A DNA stretch of 64,000 nucleotides from a virus: positions 32,001-96,000 of the IMG/VR virus record IMGVR_UViG_3300002144_000477; one strand, given 5' to 3'. A program made the position numbers and the translations under genes. Of the stretch, positions 46,001 to 56,860 are shown piece after piece. The notes below the pieces were generated by a model, which worked only from the letters and a program-made list of their open reading frames with translations, was not told where the DNA came from and did not search any database. Numbering within the stretch: position 1 is the stretch's first letter; each line of letters starts with the position of its first letter.

Positions 46001-49000
46001 TAAGCAGTTCCAATTAATTACTCATCAGTATGGCACCGACGGTATAAACTATTTTGAAATTGATTGTTTACCGGACATTGTAACAACTACTCCTAACTTA
46101 AAAGTGTACGTTAACAACTTGTACTTAAAGAGAGAAGACTTTAGGTTAGAAAAAGTAGGAACAAAAACCTGCATGGTTATTAATCCTGATGTTCTAACGC
46201 CTCTTGCGAAAGTTGATATATTAATTTACACATCTACTGCTATTAGTAGCATGGGCTATTACGAAATTCCGTTAAACTTAGATTTCAACAGCGAAAACTT
46301 GGAACTAGCTAGTTTAACATTAGGTCAAGTTAAAGATCACTTTATACAACTTGAAGAACACAGTAACATTATTCACGAGTCAGTTGGATCGTTTACTAGA
46401 CAACGCGATATTGAATACAAAAGTAACACTGGTACGATTTTACAACATGCGTACCCAGTATTGTACAGCAATCTGTTTTTAACAAACGATACTACATCAT
46501 TGATTGACAGTTTAGACTTAGCAAGCCGTGAGTATAGTAAGTTTAAAAACAAGTTCTTGGAACTTGCAAGCAAAATTGCTGACGCAAGTCAGGCGTCACC
46601 TGCAGAACTAGTCGACGCTATTATCACTGAGATTAACGCAAACAAAGATGCCAGTTTCCCGTTTTATCACAGTGATATGGTTCCTTACGGCACTAACCGC
46701 GCAGTATATGCAGACACAGTAATCAACCCTAATAGTAAACAGTTTGATTTGCCAGCAGTATTCAACGATACTGAATTGGGCAATACTGCGATATTAGTTT
46801 ATATTAACGAAACTCAATTAATCAAAGATGTAGATTATTATTTCCCTCAGGACCGCACTGCGGTTACATTAACTGATGCAGTAACATTACAAGTGGATGA
46901 TATTATCCGTGTAGTTGAATATTATAATACGTGGGGAAGTTATGTACCGGAAACACCAAGTAAATTAGGGCTGTATCCTAAATTTCAGCCGATGCTGTTT
47001 GCTGACGCTACTTATGTAACTACTACAAATGTAATACAAGGGCACGATGGCAGTATTACACCAGCGTTCAATGATTTCCGCGATATGTTGTTACTAGAAC
47101 TCGAAAAGAGAATTTTTAATAATATAAAAGTAAATTACGAAAGTAATATTTTTGACTTACGCGAAACATTGCCTGGTTTCTTTAGGAGCACTGGTTATTC
47201 AGACACCGAATGGAAGCAAATATTAAATCGCAACTTTTTAAAATGGGCTGGATTTAACCAAGTTGATTACAGTACACATACTGGATTTACATCAGCAAAT
47301 CCATGGACCTGGAACTATAAAAATCAAATAAACAAACTCAATGGTACTAAACTTCCGGGTAGCTGGAGAGCAATCTATTTAAGTTTATTTGATACATGTC
47401 GACCTCACACAAATCCGTGGGAGATGCTAGGATTTAGTAGCGAACCATCGTGGTGGGCAGACAGGTACGGAGCTGCACCTTATACCGGCGGCAACGTATT
47501 ACTATGGGAAGACTTAGAGAAGGGTTATATCCACAGCGGTCCGACTGCTGGCATTAACTCTTTATATGCAAGACCTGGGTTAACTTCGATTATACCAGTA
47601 AACGATTACGGCGAACTAAAAAGTCCGAACGAGTTTGTGACAGCAGGGCTAGATACATCTATATTGAACTCCAGCTATGAAGTAGGCACAATGGGCCCAG
47701 CAGAATACAGCTGGGTGTGCAGTAGCGATTATCCGTTTGCAATTCAACGTGCAATTGCATTAGCAAAACCTGCATTTTACTTTGGCAGTTTATTAAACAT
47801 TAAGCGTTACAGATATAGCGAAAAACTTGACCAATTAGTGAATGTCGAAACGTTGCGCAGAATTAGTCCTACTGATGTAGTGATTCCTAACAGCGTTAAC
47901 GCCGATGGCACCACTAACTTTGTTGCTGGGTACTTAAGCTGGATTGTTGAATTCATGAAGTATCGCGGAGTTGATGCGCAAACAGAATTGCGTCAACTGC
48001 TAGACAACTGTTCGGTTCAATTAAGTTACAAAGCTGCTGGCTTTACTAGCAAAAATTATATTAATGTATTAGCTGAGCAGAGTAGCCCAACTAGTACAAA
48101 CGACAGTATTATTATTCCAGACGAAAACTATCGTATTATTCTGAATAAGAGTACACCAATTAAGAAAGTTGTATATAGCGGAGTTATTGTTGAGAGGTCC
48201 GACAATGGTTTCACCATCGGTGGTTACGACTTAACTAATCCGTACTTCACTATCATTCCAAGTTTAGCAAATAACAACAACCACACAGTTTCGTTGCTTA
48301 ACAGCCGAGTAGTTGTTTATCACGATTATCAGCCACGTAAAATTCATGTTCCGTATGGTCATGAGTTTGCTAACATCCAGCAAGTAACTGACTTTTTAAT
48401 TAGCTACGGGCGCTTCTTAGTAGGACAAGGGTTTATGTTTAACACCCGTGATCCACAGCTAAATGAAGATCGTAATTGGGAACTAAGTGTTAAAGAATTC
48501 TTAGCATGGGAATCACAAGGATGGCAAGCAGGCAGCTTACTAATATTAAGCCCAGCGTTTGATAGAATTAATTTAGTAACCCCTGGGGCTACAGTCGACT
48601 ATGTTTCAAATGTGTCCAACGGTAGTAAAGTACTAAACCAAAACTTCCAAACAATTAAAAGCACTGAGTTTACAATTAATCGTCAGAACAACGAGTTTTC
48701 GATTGAAACATTGGATGGCGCAACAATTTGCTTATTCGAAGGCAGACTAGTCCAATGGGAACATGTAATGGTATTTGATAATACCACAGTGTTCAACGAT
48801 GTTATCTACTTGCCAGAGTTAGGTAATCGACAGTTCCGATTAAAGTTAATTGGTAATAAGACAGCAGCCTGGGCTGGTGAGTTAAACCCAGCTGGCTTTA
48901 TTTACAATAGCCCGGATATCGATTCATGGGAACCGCACACTGATTACCGTAAGGGTAAAATAATTGAATACAAAACAAAGTATTATGTAAGTTTACGTAA

Positions 49001-52000
49001 GCTAATCGGTACGGCTGAATTTGAGTTAAGAGAATGGCAGCAGATTGATCGGTATAGCATCAAGACTGGATTATTGCCAAACTTAGCATTTAGTGCTCAA
49101 CAGTTTGAACATATATACGATGTTGAAAACGGCCCAGTCGACGAGAGGTTGCAAGAGTTCAGCGGCACATTAATTGGACTGCGTAAACGCAAGTATTTAG
49201 ATGATTTAAATTTAGACTTCACTAGCCAGATGAAGTTCTATCAAGGGTTTATTAAAGAAAAAGGCACAAAGAATGCTGTTACTGCTTTAACGAATGCGAA
49301 TTTTAATAACATATCTAGTGAAATAGAAATGTATGAAGAATGGGCAGTACGTGTGGGCGAATATGGTGCGCTTGAAAGCGATGCTCAAATTGAGATAGTG
49401 CTTGATGATACTAAGTTTACAAATGACCCAAGTGCATTTAACCTATTAGACGGATTAGAACTGCCTACTCCGGGTGTTGTTCCAGTATACAAGTCTGACT
49501 TGTATCGAACAACATCGTCGGTGTTTAAACGTGACTTATTCTTTGCCCGCGGTGACGATTCTGATTACAGTAAGGATATTGCTACGGCAGGATTCGTTAA
49601 CTTAGCTGACGTCAATGCAACAGTATTTGATTTAACGAATTACAATGCGCTAAACACGTACTTAAAGCAGTTAGCCGACGGATGGAAAATATGGGTTGCA
49701 AAAGATTTTGATTTAAATTGGAACGTATACAGAATAACAAATGCCGAATTTTCGGTAGTAGCGATTAACTACGAAATCGATAATGTAATGAGTGTTGAAT
49801 TTAGCAATCCTCATAATCTTGACATTGGAGATATTTTCTGTATTAAGGGATTTGATTCAAAATTCGATGGCTTTTACAGAGTTCGTGAAGGTGGAATCGA
49901 CACTGGCATGCGAGTGCTAGTAGACTTATACCAAAATGCAGATTATTTAAAAGAAGCTAGAACGATTGCTGACAACGGCATGGTATTCCATATGGATAGC
50001 CTACGAGTAGACGATCCTATGCATATTGATCTAGTAGCACCAAAGCGCGGATGGAAAAACGGAGATAAAGTTTGGGTCGACCAAATTAATAGCCAAGAGC
50101 AGTGGGGTGTATATGAAAAAACAAACCCATGGTCGGTACTACAAGAAGTGGTTTCGCAGCCAAGTGATTTCATCGGTGAAGACGGATTCGGCGCAAAAGT
50201 TAAACTTAATATTAATTCAGACCTAGCATTGGTATCGGCACCGGCAGCCGGTGCCGGCCGAGTAAATGTGTTTGTATGGTTACCCGAAGGCAACTTTGTA
50301 CAAACAACAAAATTACAGGCGCCCGACATTGATCCAGCTACTGTTGGATTTGGTGACACATTGTCAATTAGCGATTATACCGCAGTAATTGCGGCACCTG
50401 CGAATAACAAAGCATTTGTGTATAACTTTAGAGTTGGCACATCTGGATTGCCTGTGCAAATTATATCACTGCCAGTTGGAGAGAGCATCGACAGCAAGTA
50501 CGGACAAAGTGTTGACATAAGTGAAGACGGGCAGTGGATACACGTTGGCGCACCTGGCATTAACAAAGTATATTCGTATCATAAAAACGATGAAGCAGAC
50601 GTCATTACCGATTCAGTTACAGTTACTAACTATACCGCCGGACAAACATACACCTTACCGTTTACGCCATATAGCGAAGACAGTATAGTAGTTAAGTATG
50701 ATGAAACCCAAATTTTAACGCCGGGAGTCGATTACACATTTGATGAATTAGCTAACGAAATTACAGTGCTCGGTACCGTACCTTTAACGATATCTAAAAT
50801 AACAATTCAACAAGGCGACCACTACACACTAGTTGGTGCACTTTTGGTACCGGGTATAGAATCTACCGCACAATTCGGCGCAGAACTAATAACCGATGTC
50901 GACGGAAGCGAATTGTTTGTAACAGCGCCAATGGCAGAAGTAAGCGGTATTGCAGGAGCAGGTAGAGTATTTTCGTTTGATAGACGCACCGAGATAATAA
51001 AAAGCAACGCTAACTTAACCACATATAGACATAGCGAAGATATCGTTGCAGTGTCGGATATATTCATTGGTGATGTTAGATTAGTTAAAGGACTCGAATA
51101 TTCATACAATCAAGCTACCCGCGATATTACAATTAACGTTAATAACTTAGCATCGGTTAACTTTACTAGCGGATTACGAATTAAAGTGTCTAGCGATGAG
51201 TTTGATTTAACGCATGAGATATCGCAACCTGAATCGGACATTGTACCAAACGGTATGTTTGGTTATGTAATCGATACAGATGAACACGCCGCAGCAATCT
51301 TTATATCTGCCCCTGGGTATCGCAATAGTAGCTACGCATCTGGTAAAGTTTACCGATACATTAAGCCTAGTAGGTACTACGGAACAGTAACAAGTAAAGT
51401 TGCTAACCCGGTTCTAACACCTGGTTTAAATTTGTACATAAACGGATTCCAAGTAATTGCTACAGGTGATTCAGTTAACACTCTTGCTAGCGACATTAAT
51501 AGTGCGCAGTTGCCAGGCATATCTAGTTTCGTGGACTCATCGGGTTACATTACTATTCAGTCAACAAGTAAAGTCAACCGTAGTAAGTTGTTTCTTTCAT
51601 GCGCAGGTAATAACCTGCTGTCCCAAATGGATATTGGCAACTATGTGTTAGCACAGGAAATTACAGTACCAGGGGGTGCAAACAATGATTTGTTTGGCAT
51701 CTCGCTCCGTGTAACAAACGACAGCAACACACTATTAATCGGGAACGGAAACACAACTACCCGATTGGATTGTATAATTGATGCCAACACTACTCTAGTA
51801 GACAACGGTAGTACTACATTTAAAGATATTACATTTGGTAGTCAAGTTTACACATACGAGTTACTTGAGAACGAACAGTCAAATTTATCTAACCCAGGTA
51901 AGTTGATATACGTACAAAAGTTTGATGTTATCAGTGGTAGACTATTCCAACAATTTGGCACAGCGATTGACATCCGTAAAGGAAAAGTGCTAATAGGCGA

Positions 52001-55000
52001 CTTCGGCGACGATACTATCACTAATAACGGTGGTACGGCTTGGCTATATACTAATCAGACTGGAACTAATAGCTGGAACTTAATACGCTCACAAGGCGAA
52101 ACAGTTGACATTGATACCGTAAATCGCTTAACAGTTTACAGTAAGAAATCAAACACAGTACTAGCTAATTTAGATTACATTGACCCAGCTAAAGGTAAGA
52201 TTTTAGGTATTGCTGAACAAGATATTGATTTAAAAGTAGCATTTGACCCAGCGTATTATACACACAACCCTGGCGCAAACACTATTAATATCGATACTAT
52301 CAGCTGGGGCGACGAACACGTTGGAACTATTTGGTGGGATTTAAGTTTAGTCAGGTATGTAGATTACGAACAAGGCAATTTAATTTATAGACTGAAAAAC
52401 TGGGGCAAACTGTTCCCGGGAAGTCAAGTTGAAATTTGTGAATGGGTGGAGAGTAATGTTCCTCCATTGCAGTACACTGGCAGCGGAGAACCGAAATATT
52501 CGGGCAACGGCTCTTATGTAGTTAAAAATACAGTAGACAACGCAACAGGCATACTAAATCAAAAGTATTACTTCTGGGTTAAAAATAAAACAACATCAAC
52601 AATTGCAGGCAAGGCACATAGTATCTCTGTACTAGCAGACATAATTGAAAACCCGCACCTCCAAGGTATCCCGTACGCAACACTTCTTGCACGTAACTCA
52701 CTTGGTTTGCATTCTATTAATCAGTTGTTAAGCGGTAGTGACTCGGTCCTACAAGTGCGATACGATAACTTAAGAAATAGTAACATTATACACAGCGAAT
52801 ACGAGCTGTTACAGGAACGCAATCCAGCCAGCACAATTCCTACAAAGATTATCTCGAAGCTAATAGATAGTTTAGCAGGCACCGATTTAAGTGGTAGGGC
52901 TGTTCCTGATCTTAGATTACTCGAGCAGGATAGATACGGTATTAGTATTCGCCCACGTCAGACCATGATTAAAAATAGGTCTGAAGCTATTCGTAACTTT
53001 GTTAAAGCGGTGAACTCTGTTTTAATTAACTATCCTATTAGTCAGCAAAGAGTATTAACGGGACTGCTATCTGCTGACCCAATACCAAAATCAACTGAGT
53101 ACGATTTTGCAGTTGACATGGTTGACGAACTAGCGTACATTAACGTAGATAACATCGATCCAGGGTATACAGTATTAGTCAAGAGCGACTCTAACAATGA
53201 AAATTTGTGGAGCATTTGGACATTAAATGATGCAAAAACCTTCGCATTATCGCGTATTCAGACGTATAAAACTAGTTTGTATTGGGATTACGTAGATTGG
53301 TTTGCATCGGGATACTCTGCGCAAACTCGTCCAGACTACTCAGTGGAATATATCAAAGATGTAGGTCGTTTATCATTGGTTCCTGCGGGATCTATTATTA
53401 AAGTAAAGTACAACCAAATTGGTAACTTTACTTTGTTTAAGACCAAGCAATACAACAATCTATTAGATTTAGAACTAATTGGATTAGGCAACGGCACGAT
53501 CCAACTAAGCTCTAGACTATATGATAACAACAACTATACACTAGGTTTCGGAACTGACAATTTTGATAACGAGAGATTTGACATAAACCCAAGCACTGAG
53601 TTACGCAAAATATTTGAAGCACTCCAGAACGACATATACATTGGGGAGTTATCTGCAGAGTTTAATAAACTGTTCTTCAACATGATTGACTACATTTTAT
53701 ATACTCAGCGCGATGTCGATTGGATCTTTAAAACTAGTTTTGTTAGCGTAGTACACCAATTACGCGAGTTAACTCAATACCCTAGTTTTGTCAAAGATAA
53801 CCAAGACTACTATATTGATTATATAAACGAAGTCAAACCATACAGAACTAAAATACGCGAGTACTTGATTAGCTACGCTGGTAACGATAACTATTACGGA
53901 GATGTCACTGACTTTGATTTGCCTGCGTACTACGAGTCGACTATCAATGAATTCCGTAGCCCAAGTGGCGAAGGTATTAACGACGACCTATTGTTAAGCC
54001 AAGTACAGTATAAGAGCTGGGTAGATAACCACGAATTAACATTAGAAAGTATCCAAGTCGAGCAGCCTGGCAAAGGGTACACGGTTCCACCGATAGTTAT
54101 TGTGTATGATCATAATGGTGTAGAAACTAATGTTGTTGCAGAATCTCGTATTAATCCAGTAACTGGCCAGGTAACAAGTATTGTAATTAAGTCTGCAGGA
54201 CAAAATACATACACTGCAACTCCGTATGTGGTTTTAAACGGTAACGGTACTGGGGCTACTGCTAGTGCCACAGTACGCAATTTAAAAATTAGAAGCATAG
54301 CAACTACTATTAAATTTGACAGAGTTGCATATCGTAGCAATTTAGTCAAATGGGAAGCAACTACTTCGGTAGTAACAGGCGACTTAGTATATTACAACAA
54401 TGTTGTATATCGTGCAGCAGCTGATTTAACTCCGTCGCCTATATTTGATTATCGATATTTTACTAAATTAACTGGTAACGATGCAGGCACCGCATTAGAC
54501 CGTATAGTTGCATATTATGTTAGTGCAGACGGAACACCAGGCGAAGAGTTGTTGCAAAACTTAGTTGACGGCCTAGTGTACCCTGGTGTTAGAGTAACTG
54601 GATTACGATACGAAGACGAAAGTCTAGAATCGCTGTTACTCGACTCGTACATCCAAGGTACATTCTTGGATACAGCGATAGGTACTCGCCCAGAGGACAT
54701 TGATGTTGATGGCGGTCCGTATGTTGACACGAATGTAAGCCATGGACCACAAGAGTTGATACCAGGAGTTACATTTGACACATTAGTAATGGGAGTATGG
54801 ACCAGGGTAATTGATGAGAATAACGAAGTAGTCAGTGGACCACCAATTGGCTATCGAGTTGTGCATTCTCTACACAGTAGTAGCTTAGTAACTCCGACTG
54901 AATGGATATCGGACTTTGCTTATATACCCAACAGCTTTGTTGAGTTTAACGGTGATTTTTACATGAGCACAGCAAACATTGCAAATCATGATGTAGTAGT

Positions 55001-56156
55001 TGACCCAGCTAGTAGCCCAGATTGGCGTTTAGTATGGAGCGAGCCATCTGAATGGGACGGGTCAACATCGTATGTTAAAGGGCAGTTAGTGTCATATGAT
55101 AACAAAGTGTGGCAAGCCAAAGCATCGTTTAATAACAAAGGTACTGTTGCTACTTTGATTGATTTAGTTATTAGCCCGAGTAACGTACTCAATGACATGT
55201 ATTTTGTTACTAGCGAACAAACATACTACTACTGGGACGGAGAAGCGAATTGGTTCGCAGCTACATCTATGCCCTGGGCAGAAAAGACTAGCTACCGTCG
55301 CGGCGACCACGCTGTATTCGGAACCGGATTATATAAAGCAATAGCTGGATTCCGATATATAGACGAAGTCAGTGATGCAAGTGGATTACCGGCAGACAAT
55401 GACGAGCATTTAAACACTGGCGATATTTACTATGTAACCGCAGACAGTTCGTATTTCCGCTATGTTAGCATTGATGATGGATGGACAGATATTGGCGCAG
55501 TTCTGTATTACCAAACATCGATTTGGCAACAGGTGCTAACTACTGTAGATGAAGTTTTTGGAAGTACAGTATTGAGCCAGACCGAACTGTGGTCTGCAAT
55601 TAACTACGAAAACACACCACGAGCGTTTACTAACCCATCTACTAGACAGTACTACAGAATCTCAGCTGAGAGTTCAACGGTGCTAACACAAGACTTGCTA
55701 TTGTCTGACACAGTTATGCATGTGTCAGATGCATCGGTACTACCGGCACCAGATGCTAGCAGGGCTAACCCTGGTATAGTCTACGTTAACGGAGAGATGA
55801 TAACATACTATGAGCGTGATATTGTTGCTAACACAATTTCTAGACTTTCACGCGGTACAATCGGAACAGGCGCTGCATTAGTTATACCGGCTGGGTCACG
55901 TGTAGATGATGTAAGTAAGTTACAAAAACTACCTCAGGGATCCGATAGTATCGATTGGTTAAATTCGCTAACTGAGTTTGGCTTTGTTGAAGTGGGCGAT
56001 TTTGACTATGAAGCACCTGGATACGGATTTGCTGCAAATGCAGCCTATCCAAACGGCGATGCACCGTTTGATTACTCAATTAGCATTTCAAGCGGTTTAG
56101 CCCCAGTGACTGACCAAGCTCGCTTTTTATCTAATAAGCCAGCATATAATCCGTGA
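43008..56156 (+). CDS. Giant baseplate wedge-associated protein (gp7-like position), 4382 aa
   Basis: Uninterrupted 13.1-kb ORF after gp6. FG-GAP-like repeats (FG...VSAP/GAPG), W/Y...Y..G..V.Y....Y.A repeats, Ig-like modules and a PGKGYTVPP motif. Confidence 0.8.
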   Translation: MAIIKTVNFLPEIFRTDTNAKFLNATLDQLINEPQFKRVDGYIGRKFSPTYKSTDNYVVEPSKPRQQYQLEPSIIVNNKDNDSIDFYSSYLDLLQQIQYYGGNITNQSRLFKNESYSFDGQFDYDKFINFKNYYWLENGPACVPVSSGNVPTHNDYDVTRNITLSGYNFSESGTESNPVLVMARGGTYTFNINEPGHQFWIQTEPGISGKRAQQQNISTREVFGVANNGTDAGTVTFKVPLVTAQNRYSSMPVVDQIDIASVDIHYSEIQGSALSAFLRKFTNGIDGAKTYADLHNRNMIFATTDDSLDESYWSNNEFFAMLRFGAAVKDQVVPAAQRRNIWRITLVPSTDVNPDSGLADDYIINLIPSTEVQFDNRVYVRNGIVAGTREYYLDFDNMFHPVPVITSNLDVIYYQDSVNPAYFGEIRIIDANNFSIDVTSSILNKVNYTSPNGVVFTNGLKVCFDEYVTPALYANNEYYVEGVGSSITLIPVSSLVAPEEYAINGLSTPDYLTVNRASIDLNGWTRSNRWFHVDIITETANYNKDSLIYTYTYDPDFNNEFVPYTDSAIVSTIRSLTAIESLKTEYQVGQIFYAYIEGLFFQLDAEMNLVPLANFRATNSSLPDQTLRATRPIIEFNAGTKLFNYGHSALDPVDYLDFTVTDAFSDIERSGSVYNTLAPYLNGDVVIVGDQVYGATKNVQSLPTDSTVWNQLFQLVPYDSSRPYLKDEKVSFNGSAYQALNYADVAPSEANEDELWFKLFDYVSYDPELADTYTINTVVDYAGIAYRALEDIQQNPATSGLWELLFNLIDGKTIIFANEDDPEIRKRVYTIRLVEIAGQDTIHLELASDRLVQPQDAVIVKSGQHQSENFWYNGTNWYQGQSKSGVNQAPKFDVVDENGISFGDRATYVDSTFNGTTIFEYAVGTGTRDTVLGFPLTYKNFNSVGDIEFLTRFNTDTFTFVNGIKVDTKQVRSGYLLQINQDLSLQHKNIWTKNVDDTKQFQLITHQYGTDGINYFEIDCLPDIVTTTPNLKVYVNNLYLKREDFRLEKVGTKTCMVINPDVLTPLAKVDILIYTSTAISSMGYYEIPLNLDFNSENLELASLTLGQVKDHFIQLEEHSNIIHESVGSFTRQRDIEYKSNTGTILQHAYPVLYSNLFLTNDTTSLIDSLDLASREYSKFKNKFLELASKIADASQASPAELVDAIITEINANKDASFPFYHSDMVPYGTNRAVYADTVINPNSKQFDLPAVFNDTELGNTAILVYINETQLIKDVDYYFPQDRTAVTLTDAVTLQVDDIIRVVEYYNTWGSYVPETPSKLGLYPKFQPMLFADATYVTTTNVIQGHDGSITPAFNDFRDMLLLELEKRIFNNIKVNYESNIFDLRETLPGFFRSTGYSDTEWKQILNRNFLKWAGFNQVDYSTHTGFTSANPWTWNYKNQINKLNGTKLPGSWRAIYLSLFDTCRPHTNPWEMLGFSSEPSWWADRYGAAPYTGGNVLLWEDLEKGYIHSGPTAGINSLYARPGLTSIIPVNDYGELKSPNEFVTAGLDTSILNSSYEVGTMGPAEYSWVCSSDYPFAIQRAIALAKPAFYFGSLLNIKRYRYSEKLDQLVNVETLRRISPTDVVIPNSVNADGTTNFVAGYLSWIVEFMKYRGVDAQTELRQLLDNCSVQLSYKAAGFTSKNYINVLAEQSSPTSTNDSIIIPDENYRIILNKSTPIKKVVYSGVIVERSDNGFTIGGYDLTNPYFTIIPSLANNNNHTVSLLNSRVVVYHDYQPRKIHVPYGHEFANIQQVTDFLISYGRFLVGQGFMFNTRDPQLNEDRNWELSVKEFLAWESQGWQAGSLLILSPAFDRINLVTPGATVDYVSNVSNGSKVLNQNFQTIKSTEFTINRQNNEFSIETLDGATICLFEGRLVQWEHVMVFDNTTVFNDVIYLPELGNRQFRLKLIGNKTAAWAGELNPAGFIYNSPDIDSWEPHTDYRKGKIIEYKTKYYVSLRKLIGTAEFELREWQQIDRYSIKTGLLPNLAFSAQQFEHIYDVENGPVDERLQEFSGTLIGLRKRKYLDDLNLDFTSQMKFYQGFIKEKGTKNAVTALTNANFNNISSEIEMYEEWAVRVGEYGALESDAQIEIVLDDTKFTNDPSAFNLLDGLELPTPGVVPVYKSDLYRTTSSVFKRDLFFARGDDSDYSKDIATAGFVNLADVNATVFDLTNYNALNTYLKQLADGWKIWVAKDFDLNWNVYRITNAEFSVVAINYEIDNVMSVEFSNPHNLDIGDIFCIKGFDSKFDGFYRVREGGIDTGMRVLVDLYQNADYLKEARTIADNGMVFHMDSLRVDDPMHIDLVAPKRGWKNGDKVWVDQINSQEQWGVYEKTNPWSVLQEVVSQPSDFIGEDGFGAKVKLNINSDLALVSAPAAGAGRVNVFVWLPEGNFVQTTKLQAPDIDPATVGFGDTLSISDYTAVIAAPANNKAFVYNFRVGTSGLPVQIISLPVGESIDSKYGQSVDISEDGQWIHVGAPGINKVYSYHKNDEADVITDSVTVTNYTAGQTYTLPFTPYSEDSIVVKYDETQILTPGVDYTFDELANEITVLGTVPLTISKITIQQGDHYTLVGALLVPGIESTAQFGAELITDVDGSELFVTAPMAEVSGIAGAGRVFSFDRRTEIIKSNANLTTYRHSEDIVAVSDIFIGDVRLVKGLEYSYNQATRDITINVNNLASVNFTSGLRIKVSSDEFDLTHEISQPESDIVPNGMFGYVIDTDEHAAAIFISAPGYRNSSYASGKVYRYIKPSRYYGTVTSKVANPVLTPGLNLYINGFQVIATGDSVNTLASDINSAQLPGISSFVDSSGYITIQSTSKVNRSKLFLSCAGNNLLSQMDIGNYVLAQEITVPGGANNDLFGISLRVTNDSNTLLIGNGNTTTRLDCIIDANTTLVDNGSTTFKDITFGSQVYTYELLENEQSNLSNPGKLIYVQKFDVISGRLFQQFGTAIDIRKGKVLIGDFGDDTITNNGGTAWLYTNQTGTNSWNLIRSQGETVDIDTVNRLTVYSKKSNTVLANLDYIDPAKGKILGIAEQDIDLKVAFDPAYYTHNPGANTINIDTISWGDEHVGTIWWDLSLVRYVDYEQGNLIYRLKNWGKLFPGSQVEICEWVESNVPPLQYTGSGEPKYSGNGSYVVKNTVDNATGILNQKYYFWVKNKTTSTIAGKAHSISVLADIIENPHLQGIPYATLLARNSLGLHSINQLLSGSDSVLQVRYDNLRNSNIIHSEYELLQERNPASTIPTKIISKLIDSLAGTDLSGRAVPDLRLLEQDRYGISIRPRQTMIKNRSEAIRNFVKAVNSVLINYPISQQRVLTGLLSADPIPKSTEYDFAVDMVDELAYINVDNIDPGYTVLVKSDSNNENLWSIWTLNDAKTFALSRIQTYKTSLYWDYVDWFASGYSAQTRPDYSVEYIKDVGRLSLVPAGSIIKVKYNQIGNFTLFKTKQYNNLLDLELIGLGNGTIQLSSRLYDNNNYTLGFGTDNFDNERFDINPSTELRKIFEALQNDIYIGELSAEFNKLFFNMIDYILYTQRDVDWIFKTSFVSVVHQLRELTQYPSFVKDNQDYYIDYINEVKPYRTKIREYLISYAGNDNYYGDVTDFDLPAYYESTINEFRSPSGEGINDDLLLSQVQYKSWVDNHELTLESIQVEQPGKGYTVPPIVIVYDHNGVETNVVAESRINPVTGQVTSIVIKSAGQNTYTATPYVVLNGNGTGATASATVRNLKIRSIATTIKFDRVAYRSNLVKWEATTSVVTGDLVYYNNVVYRAAADLTPSPIFDYRYFTKLTGNDAGTALDRIVAYYVSADGTPGEELLQNLVDGLVYPGVRVTGLRYEDESLESLLLDSYIQGTFLDTAIGTRPEDIDVDGGPYVDTNVSHGPQELIPGVTFDTLVMGVWTRVIDENNEVVSGPPIGYRVVHSLHSSSLVTPTEWISDFAYIPNSFVEFNGDFYMSTANIANHDVVVDPASSPDWRLVWSEPSEWDGSTSYVKGQLVSYDNKVWQAKASFNNKGTVATLIDLVISPSNVLNDMYFVTSEQTYYYWDGEANWFAATSMPWAEKTSYRRGDHAVFGTGLYKAIAGFRYIDEVSDASGLPADNDEHLNTGDIYYVTADSSYFRYVSIDDGWTDIGAVLYYQTSIWQQVLTTVDEVFGSTVLSQTELWSAINYENTPRAFTNPSTRQYYRISAESSTVLTQDLLLSDTVMHVSDASVLPAPDASRANPGIVYVNGEMITYYERDIVANTISRLSRGTIGTGAALVIPAGSRVDDVSKLQKLPQGSDSIDWLNSLTEFGFVEVGDFDYEAPGYGFAANAAYPNGDAPFDYSISISSGLAPVTDQARFLSNKPAYNP

Positions 56157-56162
56157 TAAATA
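56156..56162 (+). promoter_or_regulatory. Late promoter GATAAATA
   Basis: Overlaps the stop of the giant gene. Confidence 0.65.
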
Positions 56163-56167
56163 ATGCT

Positions 56168-56851
56168 ATGAATAACGATAATGCTATGCAGGATAAACCA
56201 AACATGAACGAACAAATGCAAAAAAAGCCGGATGAAAACGGCGGGTTTCATATTCAAGGGCACATTAAAATTTTTAATCCCGAAACCCAGGAAGTGTATG
56301 TAAACAAACGAAATGCAATTCACTACGAAAATATAAGTGAGGCGCTAGCATACAACTTGGCAAACAAAGGTCAAGGTTACATTTATGAAATGCACTTTGG
56401 TAACGGCGGAACTACTGTTAATGCAACAGGGGTAATTACGTACAATCCTGCAAACACTAATGCGCAGAACAGTAGTTTATATAATCCAACATATAGCAAA
56501 GTCGTTGACAATACTGATGTAAACAACTTAGATGCAACTCGTAACAAAATGGAAATTCGGCACACACCCGGGCAGCCATATACTGATATACTAGTAACAT
56601 GCCTATTAGACTATGGCGAGCCTAGCGATCAAAGTGCATTTGACAATGTACAAGACTTAAACGGTGATTATGTGTTTGATGAATTAGGGTTGCGTGCTCG
56701 TAGTACTGACGGCACAACTGGGTTAGAATCAACGGGTAAACTGCTTACCCATGTAGTTTTTCACCCGGTGCAAAAAAGTTTAAACCGACTGATTCAAATT
56801 GATTATACTGTTCGTATTCAGACTCTAACAAACCTAAGTAGCATTTCATAA
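56168..56851 (+). CDS. Baseplate/tail structural protein, about 227 aa
   Basis: Start moved from GTG 56153 to ATG 56168 (56186 and 56204 also possible); FDELGL...LLTHVVFHPVQKS...YTVRI motif. Confidence 0.7.
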   Translation: MNNDNAMQDKPNMNEQMQKKPDENGGFHIQGHIKIFNPETQEVYVNKRNAIHYENISEALAYNLANKGQGYIYEMHFGNGGTTVNATGVITYNPANTNAQNSSLYNPTYSKVVDNTDVNNLDATRNKMEIRHTPGQPYTDILVTCLLDYGEPSDQSAFDNVQDLNGDYVFDELGLRARSTDGTTGLESTGKLLTHVVFHPVQKSLNRLIQIDYTVRIQTLTNLSSIS

Positions 56852-56860
56852 GGATCGAAC

